Below, piece after piece: positions 27,437-41,686 of a stretch of DNA of 64,000 nt; position 1 is the stretch's first letter, and the number at the start of each line of letters is the position of its first letter. The position numbers and the translations under genes were made by a program. Under the pieces are notes generated by a model. It saw only the letters and a program-made list of their open reading frames with translations. It was not told the DNA's origin and made no database searches. This DNA is from Octopus bimaculoides (lineage: Eukaryota), in contig NC_068988.1 in NCBI RefSeq assembly GCF_001194135.2, positions 10,135,847 through 10,199,846 on the forward strand, written 5' to 3'.

Positions 27437-29594
27437 AAAATCGACAGAGATTTCATACATGCATACTGAATATGTTACATATAACAGGTAGATATGACTG
27501 TGGGATAATTATATAATTCCCTTCTAGAATGTTTAAACAAAGAAAAAAATGCTTTTGGTATACACTCGTCGAAAAACCATGGCTGTCATTCATTTTTCCC
27601 AAGTACGAAAATATCATTGATCTGGAATCACACCGTTTGCTCTACTCCGTTCTCGAATCATTTCATTTCGAACGTTCTCTCTTAGTGATTAAATAGTAGT
27701 ATTTTTAACTAATAAAGCGAGATGATCAGAATTTGAGTGCAACTGGATATTTGGCTGAAAGTCAAATTTTCACACGAAAAAAGAAAAACATTTAGTATCG
27801 TACTTAAATACAACACACAGGATGCTCCCAGTTATACCACAGAACATGTCAACAAGTAAAAAGTTTACGAAGTATTCCAAGGAATATTTATTAGATAATG
27901 TAGGAAATATAATTCCGTTCAGATTTTCAGATATTCAAAAGCTCTTTCAAGTATTCTTTGTAAATTGTTTTCTTTAGATAATCTTTTGAAATGCACTGAC
28001 TTCTTTTCCCTGTCCGATCAATAACCGATATTCGTTAATTTATTGCGGAACTTGTAGAAAGATTTAAATACTTTTCAGCAGAAATTCGATTGGCAATTGG
28101 CATTCGTTTTATGTTCAGCTTTCTAAACAAAAGAAGATTAATAATTCTGTTTTATGACTTCTTTCATGGAAATTTCCAGAGTGATGACTATTTATGTTTG
28201 AAGAAACCGATAAAATATAGCCGCTGTTAACTTTGTTAAGAATCGCATTCCTGAAACATAAACGATGTAATATTCTTAACTTAGCAACTACGTATGTAAA
28301 CACAATAAAATTGCTCTCAAAGAATCTAAGAAAATGAAAACAATAGTAAAATTTCGGCTGTAAATTCCGATATAATAGAATGTCGATTATGGATTTAAAA
28401 GTAGGTGTAATATTTGTTTATTTCAGAAAATCCAAAGAGACAGAACCAAACAAATGGAAAATATTCAGCACTATGTTGACGTTGTCAAGATATTTCTAGA
28501 GGTGCTTGAACGTTGAAAATAAATCACTTTTTCTGGATCTGAAATTGAAGTCATTCCATTTCAAATGGATTCAACAAGTGATTATGTACTCCAGTCAGAT
28601 CAATCTAAAATTGCATCGAACGCCGTTAGTAAAAACATTATAGCACATACGGTGCTGTAACTGGGGACGAATAAAAATGGAAATTGGTAACAATGAGAGA
28701 TTTTTTTATCATTGATGTACACGCTGAAGACAACGAACACATGCAAAATATAAACATTGGCACAGGCGAAAAGTAATAAGAGAAATATGAATATCAATAA
28801 ATCTTACAAAAGAAATTTATTCAGAAAATGGAATCTTGTAACATCCATCTAGATAGTGATGAGTTACGTACCTTTTAACGTAAATGAATCCCTGACAAAA
28901 TTGCTGAAAGTCTATCGAGTAACACGGATAGCTATCCACTCCACTCTTTCACAAAAATTCATTGGGTATCCTCTTCCACCACCTTCTCCTCCTCCTCAAA
29001 ATCATTATCGTCGTCAACGTGATCATCATTATCATCACCATCACTTTCATCTTTGTCATCATCCTCTTCATCATCATTATTAACTTCGTTGTCGTCATTG
29101 ACATCATCATCTCCATCATCATCGTCATTGTCATCTTTTCTTTTTTAAAGAGATAAAATTCGCATTAAATTCACTCTCAAAGCAAAACAGTTTACACGAT
29201 AAAGTACAGTGTTTAACATAAATACATACTCGTAACATTTCCAAAACTTGGATTCTCGCCAAACTGAGATAAAGAAAATAAAACAATATAGATTGTTTGT
29301 TATTTTATGAGAAAATTTATTATTACATTTCATTTCACGCATATGAAAAAAAGGACCACAGATATGTGAAGCGCTACGGAAAGAAAAAGAAAATACAAAA
29401 CGTACAATAAAATACAGTCCACATGCAGAGAACATGTAAAAAAATATTTGAACAGCTTCACAGAATATTCAAAGAAAACGTAAAGTTGAAATTTCATCAA
29501 CAACAAAATAAACAACAGTATGCAAGAATATATTTCTTCTGTCATAAATATGTATAACTTAATGTGATTCTTTCTATTTCTCAACGTGAAACAT

Positions 29595-29790
29595 CGGCGA
29601 GCACGCTGGTTGAGATGTTTACCGGCATTTCACCAGTCTCTACGTTCTGAATTCAAATTCTGCCAGAGTTGACTTTGCCCTTGCTCCTTTCAGTGTCGAT
29701 AAATTAAGTGCTAGTCAAGTACTGGTGTCAATGTCATCGATTGTCCTCCTCTCCGCAACAATCAAGGCCTTGTGACCTTTAGTAGAAAGA

Positions 29791-29795
<5 letters not shown>
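29595..29795 (+). mobile_element. Family A SINE with (ATT)n tail
   Basis: TCAAATTCTGCCAGAGTTGACTTTG...GTCGATAAATTAAGTG...GGCCTTGTG...AGAAAGAATT followed by (ATT)n. Confidence 0.8.
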
Positions 29796-29843
<48 letters not shown>

Positions 29844-30245
29844 CGATCATTATTGTCTTTGTATGGTTTCTAACGCTGGAGATGTACTACGGTGTCAGAT
29901 GCTCACTAACAGTGAACGAAGGTAACACCCGTATTTTTCGAGCACCATCCGGAGTTTTAGAGCGTTTCCAAGCAATGCGGTTTTCTGCAAGTGTTCCATC
30001 CTTATTGCAGCCCATATTTGCTCCATGTACTTCTAAAGATTTTTTACTCACTGTTCCCAAGACTCCGACAATTATTGTTACCACTGCTACCTTTTTCACC
30101 GACAACAACTGCTAAACTTCCCAAGCTAACCTGCTATGTATATCGACTTTTCTTTTTTCCTTATCGATAATTTGTTGTCGGCCGGGAATGCTACATCAAT
30201 GATCTAGCTCACGTTTTCAAGTTTTTCTTTTTAGTATCTTATCTT
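29844..30245 (-). mobile_element. R4/Dong-type retrotransposon 3' end (subfamily C)
   Basis: Minus-strand fragments IIDVAFPAD, LAWEV*QLLSVKKVAVVTIIVGVLGTVSK and KYMEQI...MEHLQKTALLG. The 3' end abuts (TAA)n at 29790-29843. Confidence 0.8.
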
Positions 30246-30394
30246 CTCAGGGTGCTGGACGGAAGGACAAGTTAAATTGTTAAGGGCCTGATTTGCTCCG
30301 GATATCCAGCTGGACAAGAACTTGGGAGAGATAACGAGCAAGGCGGTGAGTCTCACCCAGAAAAGGGTAGAGAGGAAACTGTCCATGAAGAGTC

Positions 30395-30539
30395 AGGCGG
30401 TGCTCAAATTCCACCGAAGGCGTCTTTGTTTTTCCTCGTTTCTGGGTCGATGAATTAATCACCAGCTGAAAAGTGGGCCGATCTAAACGACGTACCCACT
30501 CACTCGAAATTGCTGGCTGTGTGCCTATAATAGAAAGGA

Positions 30540-30540
<1 letters not shown>
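30395..30540 (+). mobile_element. Family A SINE, 5'-truncated, with (TTC)n tail
   Basis: CTCAAATTCCACCGAAGG...GGGTCGATGAATTAA...GCTGGCTGTGTGCCTATAATAGAAAGGAT. Confidence 0.7.
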
Positions 30541-30834
<294 letters not shown>

Positions 30835-31114
30835 ATGAAATTTCTCGAATAATATCTCCCAGTGTAACTGTCCCGATTGAGATCGCATCAGCGACTAGAA
30901 TTTCCTAAGCCACGTAACTATTGCATATATGCGAACTTGCTATTAAATAATTTCTCACTGTGTCTCGTTCCCCCTCTCACTAATTTCCATATCTCCCTTT
31001 TATCGATCTCTTAATCTCTCTATCTGCTTCTTTTTCTCAATGAATAATGTAACATACAGACCAACTGACATACAGAAAAAGAACTTAGTATACTTCAAGA
31101 CATTGATTGATTAC

Positions 31115-31181
31115 CATCATTAGTATTTCCATATGAACTAACATCAGATCCAGAGTTTCCATCAGAGCTAACATCAGATCG
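31115..31181 (-). CDS. Candidate coding exon with internal 30-nt repeat
   Basis: TAATAG|, 67 nt RSDVSSDGNSGSDVSSYGNTND, ATG|GTAATC. The two repeat units differ at three synonymous third positions (AGC/AGT, TCT/TCA, AAC/AAT) in this frame. Confidence 0.3.
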
Positions 31182-31635
31182 CTATTAATACATCGTATCG
31201 TAAAATCTAATTCAATACGTAAAACTATAGTTTGTCAATACACTAAGCATACGATCGAATATATACCACATTGGAAAAATAATTCTATGTAGCTTTTGAA
31301 ATGATTAACTTCCTTCCAGAAACTGACTAGTGACGGATATTCCTTTGAATTACGTCTTTGATTCGAGGATATTAATTTCATAACGAGAGTATAAGTAGAT
31401 AATCGCACACTGATTAAAACTTGTTTCGAAGTTTTCGCATTGACTTTTAATAAGTTGACGGCTGGATCTTAATACATTTAAAGTGATTTAATAAGTTATA
31501 GAAGTAGAGTACTGGTGGGGCAAGTGTGTTTGTGCGCAAGAAAGAGAATGTTTGCGTGTACGTGTGTGTATGCGAGTGTAGTCAGGTGCATACACGCACA
31601 CACATATATGCACTCTGTCACACACAAACACACAA

Positions 31636-31706
<71 letters not shown>

Positions 31707-31827
31707 TAGAGAGAGTCTGTATGAGATGGAATGAGGGAGTTAGGGAGACAGAAACATATATACATATACCCATATGTGTGTGCATGTATGTATATATGCA
31801 TATTTGGTTTTGTGCTAAGAATAATTG

Positions 31828-31874
<47 letters not shown>

Positions 31875-33017
31875 CTGTGTGTGTGTGTATGTATAAGCAT
31901 ACATTTATGCATATTACATAACTGTATGCTTATACATGTATACACACACATACACACACACTCACACACACACATACACACACACACATATATATATATA
32001 TGTATGTATGTATGCTTATATGTATGCGCACACACGTGCATACTCAAGTACACAAACAGGCAGATATAAATTCGTGAATATGTGTATATCTGTGTTTGTG
32101 TGGGTGCCTACACATATTCAAAACGAATATTGATTTTTGTTTCGATTACTTTAACAATACACCTCGCAGATTAAACCGGTGGTAAGGAAATGTTTTGCTT
32201 GTATCCTCTCAAGCTATAACTATAACAGCTGCAGAGAAATCGCCTAGGATTTGACAATGACTTTGATAAAATAGACGCCATATTACACATCCATCCAAAT
32301 AGTCTGCTTCATAGAATATCATATGTAGAATAGGTTATATTTAGGTATAAAGAAGATTAGAATGCAAATGACGTAAGAGGCAAAGGGTTTCTAGCCGAGG
32401 TTATATGCACTCATCTCTCTGTTTCTGAAGATAGGCCACTCACTTTGTACATATATATGTACAAACATGTTCACACGAGCATATACACATGTATATGTAT
32501 AGAGGATTACATATATACACACATGTACATGCGTCTGTATATGTAGAGAGAAAAGGAAAGACTTGAGAGATGTGGTTATATGTGGCAGTACTTTCATCTG
32601 CAGTTGGTGCTTTGTAACTGAATGGATAAGGTCATATCGCAATCTGAAGATGCTAGTTTCGATCCTACAGCGAGGTTTCTGGTGATAATTTCATATGTCA
32701 TACCCTGGTGTACATGCATATATCCTGAGAGAAATTGGAGAAACTAAAATGATATTGAATAATGTTGGATTTATTGTACCAATAAGACCAAAAGTTAGAC
32801 TTTCAGACTTGATGTGTCTCGCAGAGGTCGTTTCCAAGTTTTGAAGTCATTTTGATATCTTCAGGTCCTCCTCTCCTCCTTGTTCTACACTTTTCTCTAC
32901 TGTTTCCTATTGGAGATTGTCGATCCGATAAATTCGTACGTAGGGAAAGTAAGGCAAAAAAGCTTCATTAAAATTTAAAATGTTTAATTACTTTTCATAG
33001 CCACCATCCTACAGTTG

Positions 33018-33060
<43 letters not shown>

Positions 33061-33342
33061 CAATATTGATTTGCTTGGAATACACATGGAGATCTAACAT
33101 TTTGTGAGATATATAATTTAGTATTTATGATGTGAATACATTTCGATGACAATTAGTCATTATATATATTGTGTGGAATCTATTGATAAATAACTTTACA
33201 CATGAGTCAAGCAGTTATTGCCAATATCTCTCTCCAATAGCTTAGATACAAGTCTTCATTGTCCATTTTAATAAATCACAATAATGTTGTTGAAGTATGT
33301 TTCATAATATCTCAAACTTGCATAAACATACAAACACGTACA

Positions 33343-33403
33343 CACGACCTGTTCACTAACATAATTCCGTGCAGCACGGAAATTTGTCAGTGATCAGGTC
33401 GTG
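33343..33403. other. 61-nt fold-back (29-bp stem, 4 mismatches, 3-nt loop); palindromic mini-element
   Basis: CACGACCTGTTCACTAACATAATTCCGTG-CAG-CACGGAAATTTGTCAGTGATCAGGTCGTG; a one-arm copy sits at 34699-34726. Confidence 0.85.
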
Positions 33404-33501
33404 GTCTCAAAGCGATGAAAATATTGTGGCAAATTAAATTTAAATGTTGAAGTGAATCTAGCGGTCTTTGTTTGCTTTGAAACGGTTTATAAACACGCTG
33501 C

Positions 33502-33532
<31 letters not shown>

Positions 33533-33764
33533 TATNNNNNNNNNNNNNNNNNNNNNNNNNNNNNNNNNNNNNNNNNNNNNNNNNNNNNNNNNNNNNNNNN
33601 NNNNNNNNNNNNNNNNNNNNNNNNNNNNNNNNNNNNNNNNNNNNNNNNNNNNNNNNNNNNNNNNNNNNNNNNNNNNNNNNNNNNNNNNNNNNNNNNNNNN
33701 NNNNNNNNNNNNNNNNNNNNNNNNATATGTATGTATGTATGTATATATGTATTTGTGTGTCAGT

Positions 33765-33955
33765 GTGTGTGTCCCCAACATCGTTTGATGATCTTTGTGT
33801 GTTTATATCCCCGTAAATTACTGTTTCGGCAAATCGTACCGGAAGAATACCTAATAGAGTTATAAGTGCAGGTCTCATTTTTTGTCGGGTAAAATTATGT
33901 AATGCGATAATGGAACATGGCCTCCGCCTGGTGATTGAAACTAGTAAGATGTAAA
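33765..33955 (+). mobile_element. Family B SINE 3' half, degenerate
   Basis: GTCCCCAACATCG...GTGTTTATATCCCCGTAA...TTCGGCAAA...CATGGCC aligns by eye with 10060-10230. Confidence 0.65.
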
Positions 33956-34292
33956 CATTCGCATGAAGTGTATACAATACGAAGTCACGATTCAAATTTT
34001 AGAAAACGTCTCACTACGGACCAATATTGCTTCAAAACATCCATAATACCGTATAGTACATAGAACGAGTTCCTCTGCTCCATCACGTTTTCCACTGTCC
34101 TTAATAAGTTAGAATATGACCTTCAGTGAGAACTCTGCTATTGAATACGTAACCAGTTACATTCTTAAACCCCTATTGCAAAAATGATAAAAGTTTGGTC
34201 CTTCCAACTGAATTGTGTCAAAGCTTCCATTCTCTACGAAAGAATGAACATAAGATTCTTGGTTATTGATTTTGTTTGCAGTAAAGACTTAC

Positions 34293-34471
34293 CCGGGCTC
34301 CGTCTGGAACGATTTCACCCGATCTGTTCACATAAATTTTTTGTTTTCCTTTTCTTTCTTGTTTTTCTAATGAGACGCTTTTCAGTGGTTTAAATAGCAC
34401 ATGAATAACATCATGAACACTCGCATGATTGCTCTTATATGAGACTATTTTGTGATTTACAGCGAACAGAT
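34293..34471 (-). CDS. Candidate coding exon, unknown product
   Basis: Acceptor AACTTCCTCGTTTTAG|, 179 nt open ((D)LFAVNHKIVSYKSNHASVHDVIHVLFKPLKSVSLEKQERKGKQKIYVNRSGEIVPDGAR), consensus donor CGG|GTAAGT. Confidence 0.35.
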
Positions 34472-35432
34472 CTAAAACGAGGAAGTTTACTAGCAATATT
34501 TGTTGTTGGATCATTATATCATATGAAGCATATGTTAAGCCACAACGCATTTTTTTTATTCAATATATATATTATTTCCATACAACAACAATTGCAGCGT
34601 GAAGGTGTTTATAAACCATTAAAAACAGACAAAAACTCTTAGATTCACTTCAATATATAAATTTAATTTGTCAAAATATTTTTGTCACTTTCATACTGCG
34701 ACCTGTTCACTGACAAACGTCCGTGCTACCAAACGGTAACATAGTAACAAAGGTAAACGTCAGTACATGCTGTTCTTTGCAACTCTACGGTGTAAATCCT
34801 AAAAACTCAAAGAAGAAATTTAAGCACACCATAGGGCTCTTTACGTTTTCACTTCAAATTTTGTTCATATCATCCAATGTTAACTGTGCCTTTCAACACT
34901 TCAAATTGATTTAAATCTAATCGAATTCTCCTCTCTCTGCAATATTGCTGGATTTCAAACAAGCAAATGGATAGGCGTCGAGTTCAGGAGAATGTTCTGA
35001 TCTTGGTCATTCATATGCGCTGGAAATCGGCCACAATCCTTATCCTTCTAGGACACAAGAAAAGAAACACAAACAATCAACAGCTACAACTGAATCAGCA
35101 TTAGTTGCTTTTATGTGATATATGTAAATTTTAAGATTTAGATACGTTCAAACATTGTACATTTTGCCGGGATTTTCAGTTACTTTGATCATCGTCCCAT
35201 AGAAATATATTGAAGGGTGAAAATTCAATGAGAATAGTGACAAATATAAGCAAACATTAACTACAACCGTGCACATAGATGCAGCTTAACGTATTAAAAT
35301 AAAAAAAAAACCGGAGTTGTTATTTGCGAATTATTGGACTTGGGAAGGAAAAATTTTCACCTTCACTTAGGTTCATGATTATTTCATTACAGAAGAATAC
35401 ACATGCACAAATGTGTGTGTATATATGCATAC

Positions 35433-35495
<63 letters not shown>

Positions 35496-35679
35496 TGTGT
35501 GTCTGCGTGTGTGTGTGTGCGTGCGTGTATGTGTGTGTGTGCGCGTGTGTGCATGTGTGTTTGTGTTTCTATGTCTGTGTGTAAACATAGATACATTTGT
35601 ATATATGTATCTAATGTACTCTAAAGTTTACAGTACTACTTGAACATGGATGCTTGCATATAAATCGTGTTTTATAACA

Positions 35680-35713
<34 letters not shown>

Positions 35714-36315
35714 ATTACACACACAGGCGCACATGCACGAGCGTACACACGTACACACACATACATATACACACATATATAAATAGAAAGCATCCCTTTG
35801 TTTTGCAATTTTCAAGTTTGTTTCTCAGCTTTACTTTAATTCTACTTTGTGTTCCTTTGCATTAAAGCTTCATAGATTAGTAATATAAAATACATCACTG
35901 CATTTCTACCGTTTATTTTTCATTTAATCGTATTGCGTTGCATGTTTAATAAAAAAAAAGGAGAGATAATTTCTCTCGTGTGTTGGGCCATAAAACGAAA
36001 TTTCAAGAATGCGTTGAATCCAGTCATATTCAGCGAACCGATTTTATTCGCAACTTGTCAAAACAAATCAGAATACAAAAATACAAAAACAAAAGCAGAA
36101 ATTTAATATATTCTACATTAAGAGAACAGATTTATCAGTTGGCTGGATTCCAATGTACATTTACATATACACTTAGAACAGAGAACTTTGTCACTTTCGA
36201 AGCCATCAATCGTCCTTGTAAGTAGCGTGCACAGCGACATTTGAAGTGTGCACAGAAATTCATGCATAAATACATACAGAGAATTAAGCATGTGTGCGTG
36301 TGTGAGTGTGTGTGT

Positions 36316-36348
<33 letters not shown>

Positions 36349-36418
36349 TTCGAAAGGCGGCTAAACACGCTCAAATGCACATACTTGTTTGTGTGTGTAC
36401 ATATATATAGATATATGC

Positions 36419-36464
<46 letters not shown>

Positions 36465-36844
36465 ATATNNNNNNNNNNNNNNNNNNNNNNNNNNNNNNNN
36501 NNNNNNNNNNNNNNNNNNNNNNNNNNNNNNNNNNNNNNNNNNNNNNNNNNNNNNNNNNNNNNNNNNNNNNNNNNNNNNNNNNNNNNNNNNNNNNNNNNNN
36601 NNNNNNNNNNNNNNNNNNNNNNNNNNNNNNNNNNNNNNNNNNNNNNNNNNNNNNNNNNNNNNNNNNNNNNNNNNNNNNNNNNNNNNNNNNNNNNNNNNNN
36701 NNNNNNNNNNNNNNNNNNNNNNNNNNNNNNNNNNNNNNNNNNNNNNNNNNNNNNNNNNNNNNNNNNNNNNNNNNNNNNNNNNNNNNNNNNNNNNNNNNNN
36801 NNNNNNNNNNNNNNNNNNNNNNNNNNNNNNNNNNNNNNNNNNNN

Positions 36845-36892
<48 letters not shown>

Positions 36893-37554
36893 TTAATCAT
36901 CTGTATATGTTCATACACACTCAGAAACACACCTAGAGATACACACATACAAACACACACGCACACATATATGTGTATACAAGTGTGCTCATGACACGTT
37001 ATTGTTTACAAAATTATTTGTACTTATGAAAACATAACTCTGTAATTATATTTCTTACTAATGAATGTAAATAATTCATAGCTCATAGTTCTTTTTTTTT
37101 TTATTCCAGCATATATAATGTTCCGAAGTCTTTAGTCATACCTATTTGTCTCTTAAAATCTATTTACTTATTTATTTCCTATTTCTGAAGATTTTGCTAA
37201 ACTTCAATCAAATCTGAAGACGCAGAAATTATCATTCTTCGTTGTGATCGTCCACAAACCTGTGATTGCAACTAATTGAAACAATTTCCGCATGATCACA
37301 GACAGTATAGTCGCACTAGATATGGCTTTTCTATCATTTCAGTCCCTTTTGCAAAATTTCATTATTGTGCTTATTTACATTTTAACCGTCTCTATCCACC
37401 CCTCTCTCCAGACATCATTTTGTTTTGTGTCATTTTGTCTATTATGCATTGTATCTCATTTTTCTATCGTTCATTTCCCTAATGCTACTACTTTCTTTTC
37501 GAGTTCACCTAAATTACTATATAAATACATACTTTCATATTTACACACACACAC

Positions 37555-37585
<31 letters not shown>

Positions 37586-38042
37586 CANNNNNNNNNNNNN
37601 NNNNNNNNNNNNNNNNNNNNNNNNNNNNNNNNNNNNNNNNNNNNNNNNNNNNNNNNNNNNNNNNNNNNNNNNNNNNNNNNNNNNNNNNNNNNNNNNNNNN
37701 NNNNNNNNNNNNNNNNNNNNNNNNNNNNNNNNNNNNNNNNNNNNNNNNNNNNNNNNNNNNNNNNNNNNNNNNNNNNNNNNNNNNNNNNNNNNNNNNNNNN
37801 NNNNNNNNNNNNNNNNNNNNNNNNNNNNNNNNNNNNNNNNNNNNNNNNNNNNNNNNNNNNNNNNNNNNNNNNNNNNNNNNNNNNNNNNNNNNNNNNNNNN
37901 NNNNNNNNNNNNNNNNNNNNNNNNNNNNNNNNNNNNNNNNNNNNNNNNNNNNNNNNNNNNNNNNNNNNNNNNNNNNNNNNNNNNNNNNNNNNNNNNNATG
38001 TATGACGGGCTTCTTTCAGCTTCAGTCTAACAGTTCCAGTCA

Positions 38043-38464
38043 AAAATCCTCTGGGATTTTGATTTCCAAACAGACAAAGTGTTAGAGCAGCGAACGCCCG
38101 ATATTGTAACCTTTAGGAGGGACCAACAAGAACGCCTAATAATCGACGTAGCAGTGCCAGGAGATCAACACATTGGGATCGCTAACATGTGACAACTACA
38201 TAAGTCGAACATAATGTTTATCCCTATTGTCATCGGAACATTGGGTTCAATAACACCCAATCTGAAAAAGAAAAACATTGGAAACCTTAGAAATACCCTA
38301 CAATCTAGATGTATTGCAAAAGTCGGCATTACTTGGAACTGCATGCATATTGCATAGAGTATTGTCTGTCTGAGGTCCTTGTTATGAATTGACAAACAGT
38401 ACAAAACCCCGGTAGACATATCTTCAATGAACAACCTCACGATATTTTATACTGTAGGACGTCT
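38043..38464 (+). mobile_element. R4/Dong-type retrotransposon 3' end (subfamily D)
   Basis: KILWDFDFQTDKVLEQRTPDIVTF...LIIDVAVPGD (PD-(D/E)xK RLE core), then FIPIVIGTLG and LDVLQKSALLGTACILHRVLSV*. An internal deletion removes the K..KY segment. Followed by ATAATAAC and (CTA)n. Confidence 0.85.
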
Positions 38465-38471
38465 ATAATAA

Positions 38472-38542
<71 letters not shown>

Positions 38543-38725
38543 ATAATAATAATAATAATAATAATAACAACAACAGCAGCAACAATAATGGCAACAATAA
38601 CAACAACAACAATAATCATAATAATAATAATAGCAATAATGATAATAATAATGATGATGATGTTGATAATAATTATGATAATAATAACAACGATAACAAC
38701 AACAGCCAGCAACTACAACAATAAC
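38465..38725. repeat. Compound trinucleotide microsatellite (CTA, TAA, CAA/CAG, GAT)
   Basis: Directly visible. Confidence 0.95.
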
Positions 38726-40296
38726 AACACTGAATAAAGGAATAACGAAACAACATTCTTTAGAAAGCAAAAATATCTAGAGTTTTCTACAGATTTTCTA
38801 TAGAACATATAAAAATAATTCACGTATAAAAGTGCAAAAACGTAACAGATTACAAAGAAAACATGACATAATACAACAAACACGCATTCACAATATAATC
38901 AAACGATATGGAATACTATAAATATTACATCGAACATAACAAGGAAGACATAACAGGGAATAAATGATGAGGTAGAAAATTTGAGAAAGAAGTAAAGGAA
39001 CAATTCCTCAGAAATAACACAGGAATAAGTACGGGCAACAGATATATATAGGGTTCTATATATGGAGATGTGAATAACGTGAACAAAGAAGTTTAATTGA
39101 GCATAAAACAAGAAGCCAATAATGCCGAACATCCATATATTACGCGAGGAAAGGAGCAAATGTTGGATACTTGAATGGTTTTTGGATGTGGATTCCCTGT
39201 CTGTTCCGGAATGGAACGTTCGTGAGTTCGAAAATGAATTTCAACTTGAAATTGTTATATGATACGTGAGGAGAAGGTATAAAAGATGTTGCATGTAACG
39301 CAATTTGCGCACGCATTAACCCCCCCCCACCAAACACAAACACACACACACACACAAACACACACAAGTATATATACATGGCTGCGCATGTAGCATGCGT
39401 ATATAGATAGATACGTACAGACACAGAGGTGTATATATATATGTATGTATATATANNNNNNNNNNNNNNNNNNNNNNNNNNNNNNNNNNNNNNNNNNNNN
39501 NNNNNNNNNNNNNNNNNNNNNNNNNNNNNNNNNNNNNNNNNNNNNNNNNNNNNNNNNNNNNNNNNNNNNNNNNNNNNNNNNNNNNNNNNNNNNNNNNNNN
39601 NNNNNNNNNNNNNNNNNNNNNNNNNNNNNNNNNNNNNNNNNNNNNNNNNNNNNNNNNNNNNNNNNNNNNNNNNNNNNNNNNNNNNNNNNNNNNNNNNNNN
39701 NNNNNNNNNNNNNNNNNNNNNNNNNNNNNNNNNNNNNNNNNNNNNNNNNNNNNNNNNNNNNNNNNNNNNNNNNNNNNNNNNNNNNNNNNNNNNNNNNNNN
39801 NNNNNNNNNNNNNNNNNNNNNNNNNNNNNNNNNNNNNNNNNNNNNNNNNNNNNNNNNNNNNNNNNNNNNNNNNNNNNNNNNNNNNNNNNNNNNNNNNNNN
39901 NNNNNNNNNNNNNNNNNNNNNNNNNNNNNNNNNNNNNNNNNNNNNNNNNNNNNNNNNNNNNNNNNNNNNNNNNNNNNNNNNNNNNNNNNNNNNNNNNNNN
40001 NNNNNNNNNNNNNNNNNNNNNNNNNNNNNNNNNNNNNNNNNNNNNNNNNNNNNNNNNNNNNNNNNNNNNNNNNNNNNNNNNNNNNNNNNNNNNNNNNNNN
40101 NNNNNNNNNNNNNNNNNNNNNNNNNNNNNNNNNNNNNNNNNNNNNNNNNNNNNNNNNNNNNNNNNNNNNNNNNNNNNNNNNNNNNNNNNNNNNNNNNNNN
40201 NNNNNNNNNNNNNNNNNNNNNNNNNNNNNNNNNNNNNNNNNNNNNNNNNNNNNNNNNNNNNNNNNNNNNNNNNNNNNNNNNNNNNNNNNNNNNNNN

Positions 40297-40341
<45 letters not shown>

Positions 40342-41203
40342 ACAGACATAAGAAGTAGAACAAGCCTGTATTTTATTTGTTGAAAGCATGGAGCAAAGCG
40401 CACCGCGTAGGGATTTCAGTTCATTCAGCAGTCATTCGCCGTGTGATTGTGCAAATTCAGTTTATTAAAACGTTACTTATATTTTGATCCCGATGATATC
40501 CATATCAAAAAACGAGAATCTCATTTCAAACGCTACATAGCATGAATTATTCGTATGCGGACAGAACACAACAGTAAATCAACAGTATCAAAGATGATGA
40601 CTATATAACAACAAGAGAAGCAGCGAAATAGAACCTAAAGCAATGTAAATCCAACATTGTATCGAAACACCTTTTTTTTCTGAGGCATTTGCATATATCC
40701 TCGATCACAACTGTAGAACTGACAGTGTTGTACAAAACTTGCATAAAAGAATGTTAACAAATAAATCGTAGGAATCGGAAAGGTAGAAAGCAAGAAAAGA
40801 ACACTAGGTGAACTTGATGATACTGAAGGGGATGTAGGGGAATAGAAGGAGGTGGAACAGGTAGAAAAAGAAGTGCCTCTGGTTCTTTCTCATGAACAGA
40901 TGACTGTATTCCGTATGTATCAGATATGTATCGAAATAGTGTCATGACGAATATTTCATTTTTATTGATTCATTTCAGATTAACGGCAAAATTTAAGGCG
41001 TGATTTGAATCAAAAACAGAAATGAAAAACGTAGAAATAAATGTAAACAAAAAAAAAATCTACAAAATATGTAGACACCACTGAAGCTCAGTTTAGCCGG
41101 CGTGGTTCCTGTTGGTATTCTATGTCGGCTCCATGATGACATGTTCTGCTGCAGTAGGTATAACAACAGCAGCAGCAACAACAACTGCAATAACAACAGC
41201 AAG

Positions 41204-41255
<52 letters not shown>

Positions 41256-41420
41256 ACGTAAAAAAGTCTTTGCGTTCATAAGAAAGGTGGAATAGAATTA
41301 AGCCACACTTATCCATGAATCTTTAAAGCGTGATGGGCTACACAATCTGTCAAAATATAACTGGTCTCCTTTCCCTGCAGAGCCATGCGCAGTTTGTCTT
41401 CATATGAGATCACCATGTCA

Positions 41421-41686
41421 CGCACATACGTTTGTGATGCATGTTACTGGTGTACCCTTATAAGACAGTAGTCTTTATGAGTATGTTGCCAGTCATATAT
41501 TTGTATCCCAGGGTCACATCGATGGAGTATGCTTCTCTAATTCATTATTTTATATTATTAAGTTAGAGAACAGTCCATACCATCAAAGTAACGCTGGGAT
41601 AAAATATACGAAGCCCCGTATAACCACCATGACTACCAATCTGATAAGCTTCCACCAGTTACATGCATCACAGCCATATGTGCACG
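41421..41686. mobile_element. Two tail-to-tail copies of a ~125-bp interspersed repeat
   Basis: 41421-41543(+) GCACATACGTTTGTGATGCATGTTACTGGTG...TATCCCAGGGTCACATCGATGG and 41561-41686(-) GCACATATGGCTGTGATGCATGTAACTGGTG...TATCCCAGCGTTACTTTGATGG are colinear homologues. Confidence 0.8.

Noticed and set aside
28417-28660. Plus-strand frame KIQRDRTKQMENIQHYVDVVKIFLEVLER*K*ITFSGSEIE...
   Set aside because: It has a good acceptor but two stops, no strong donor and no recognisable family.
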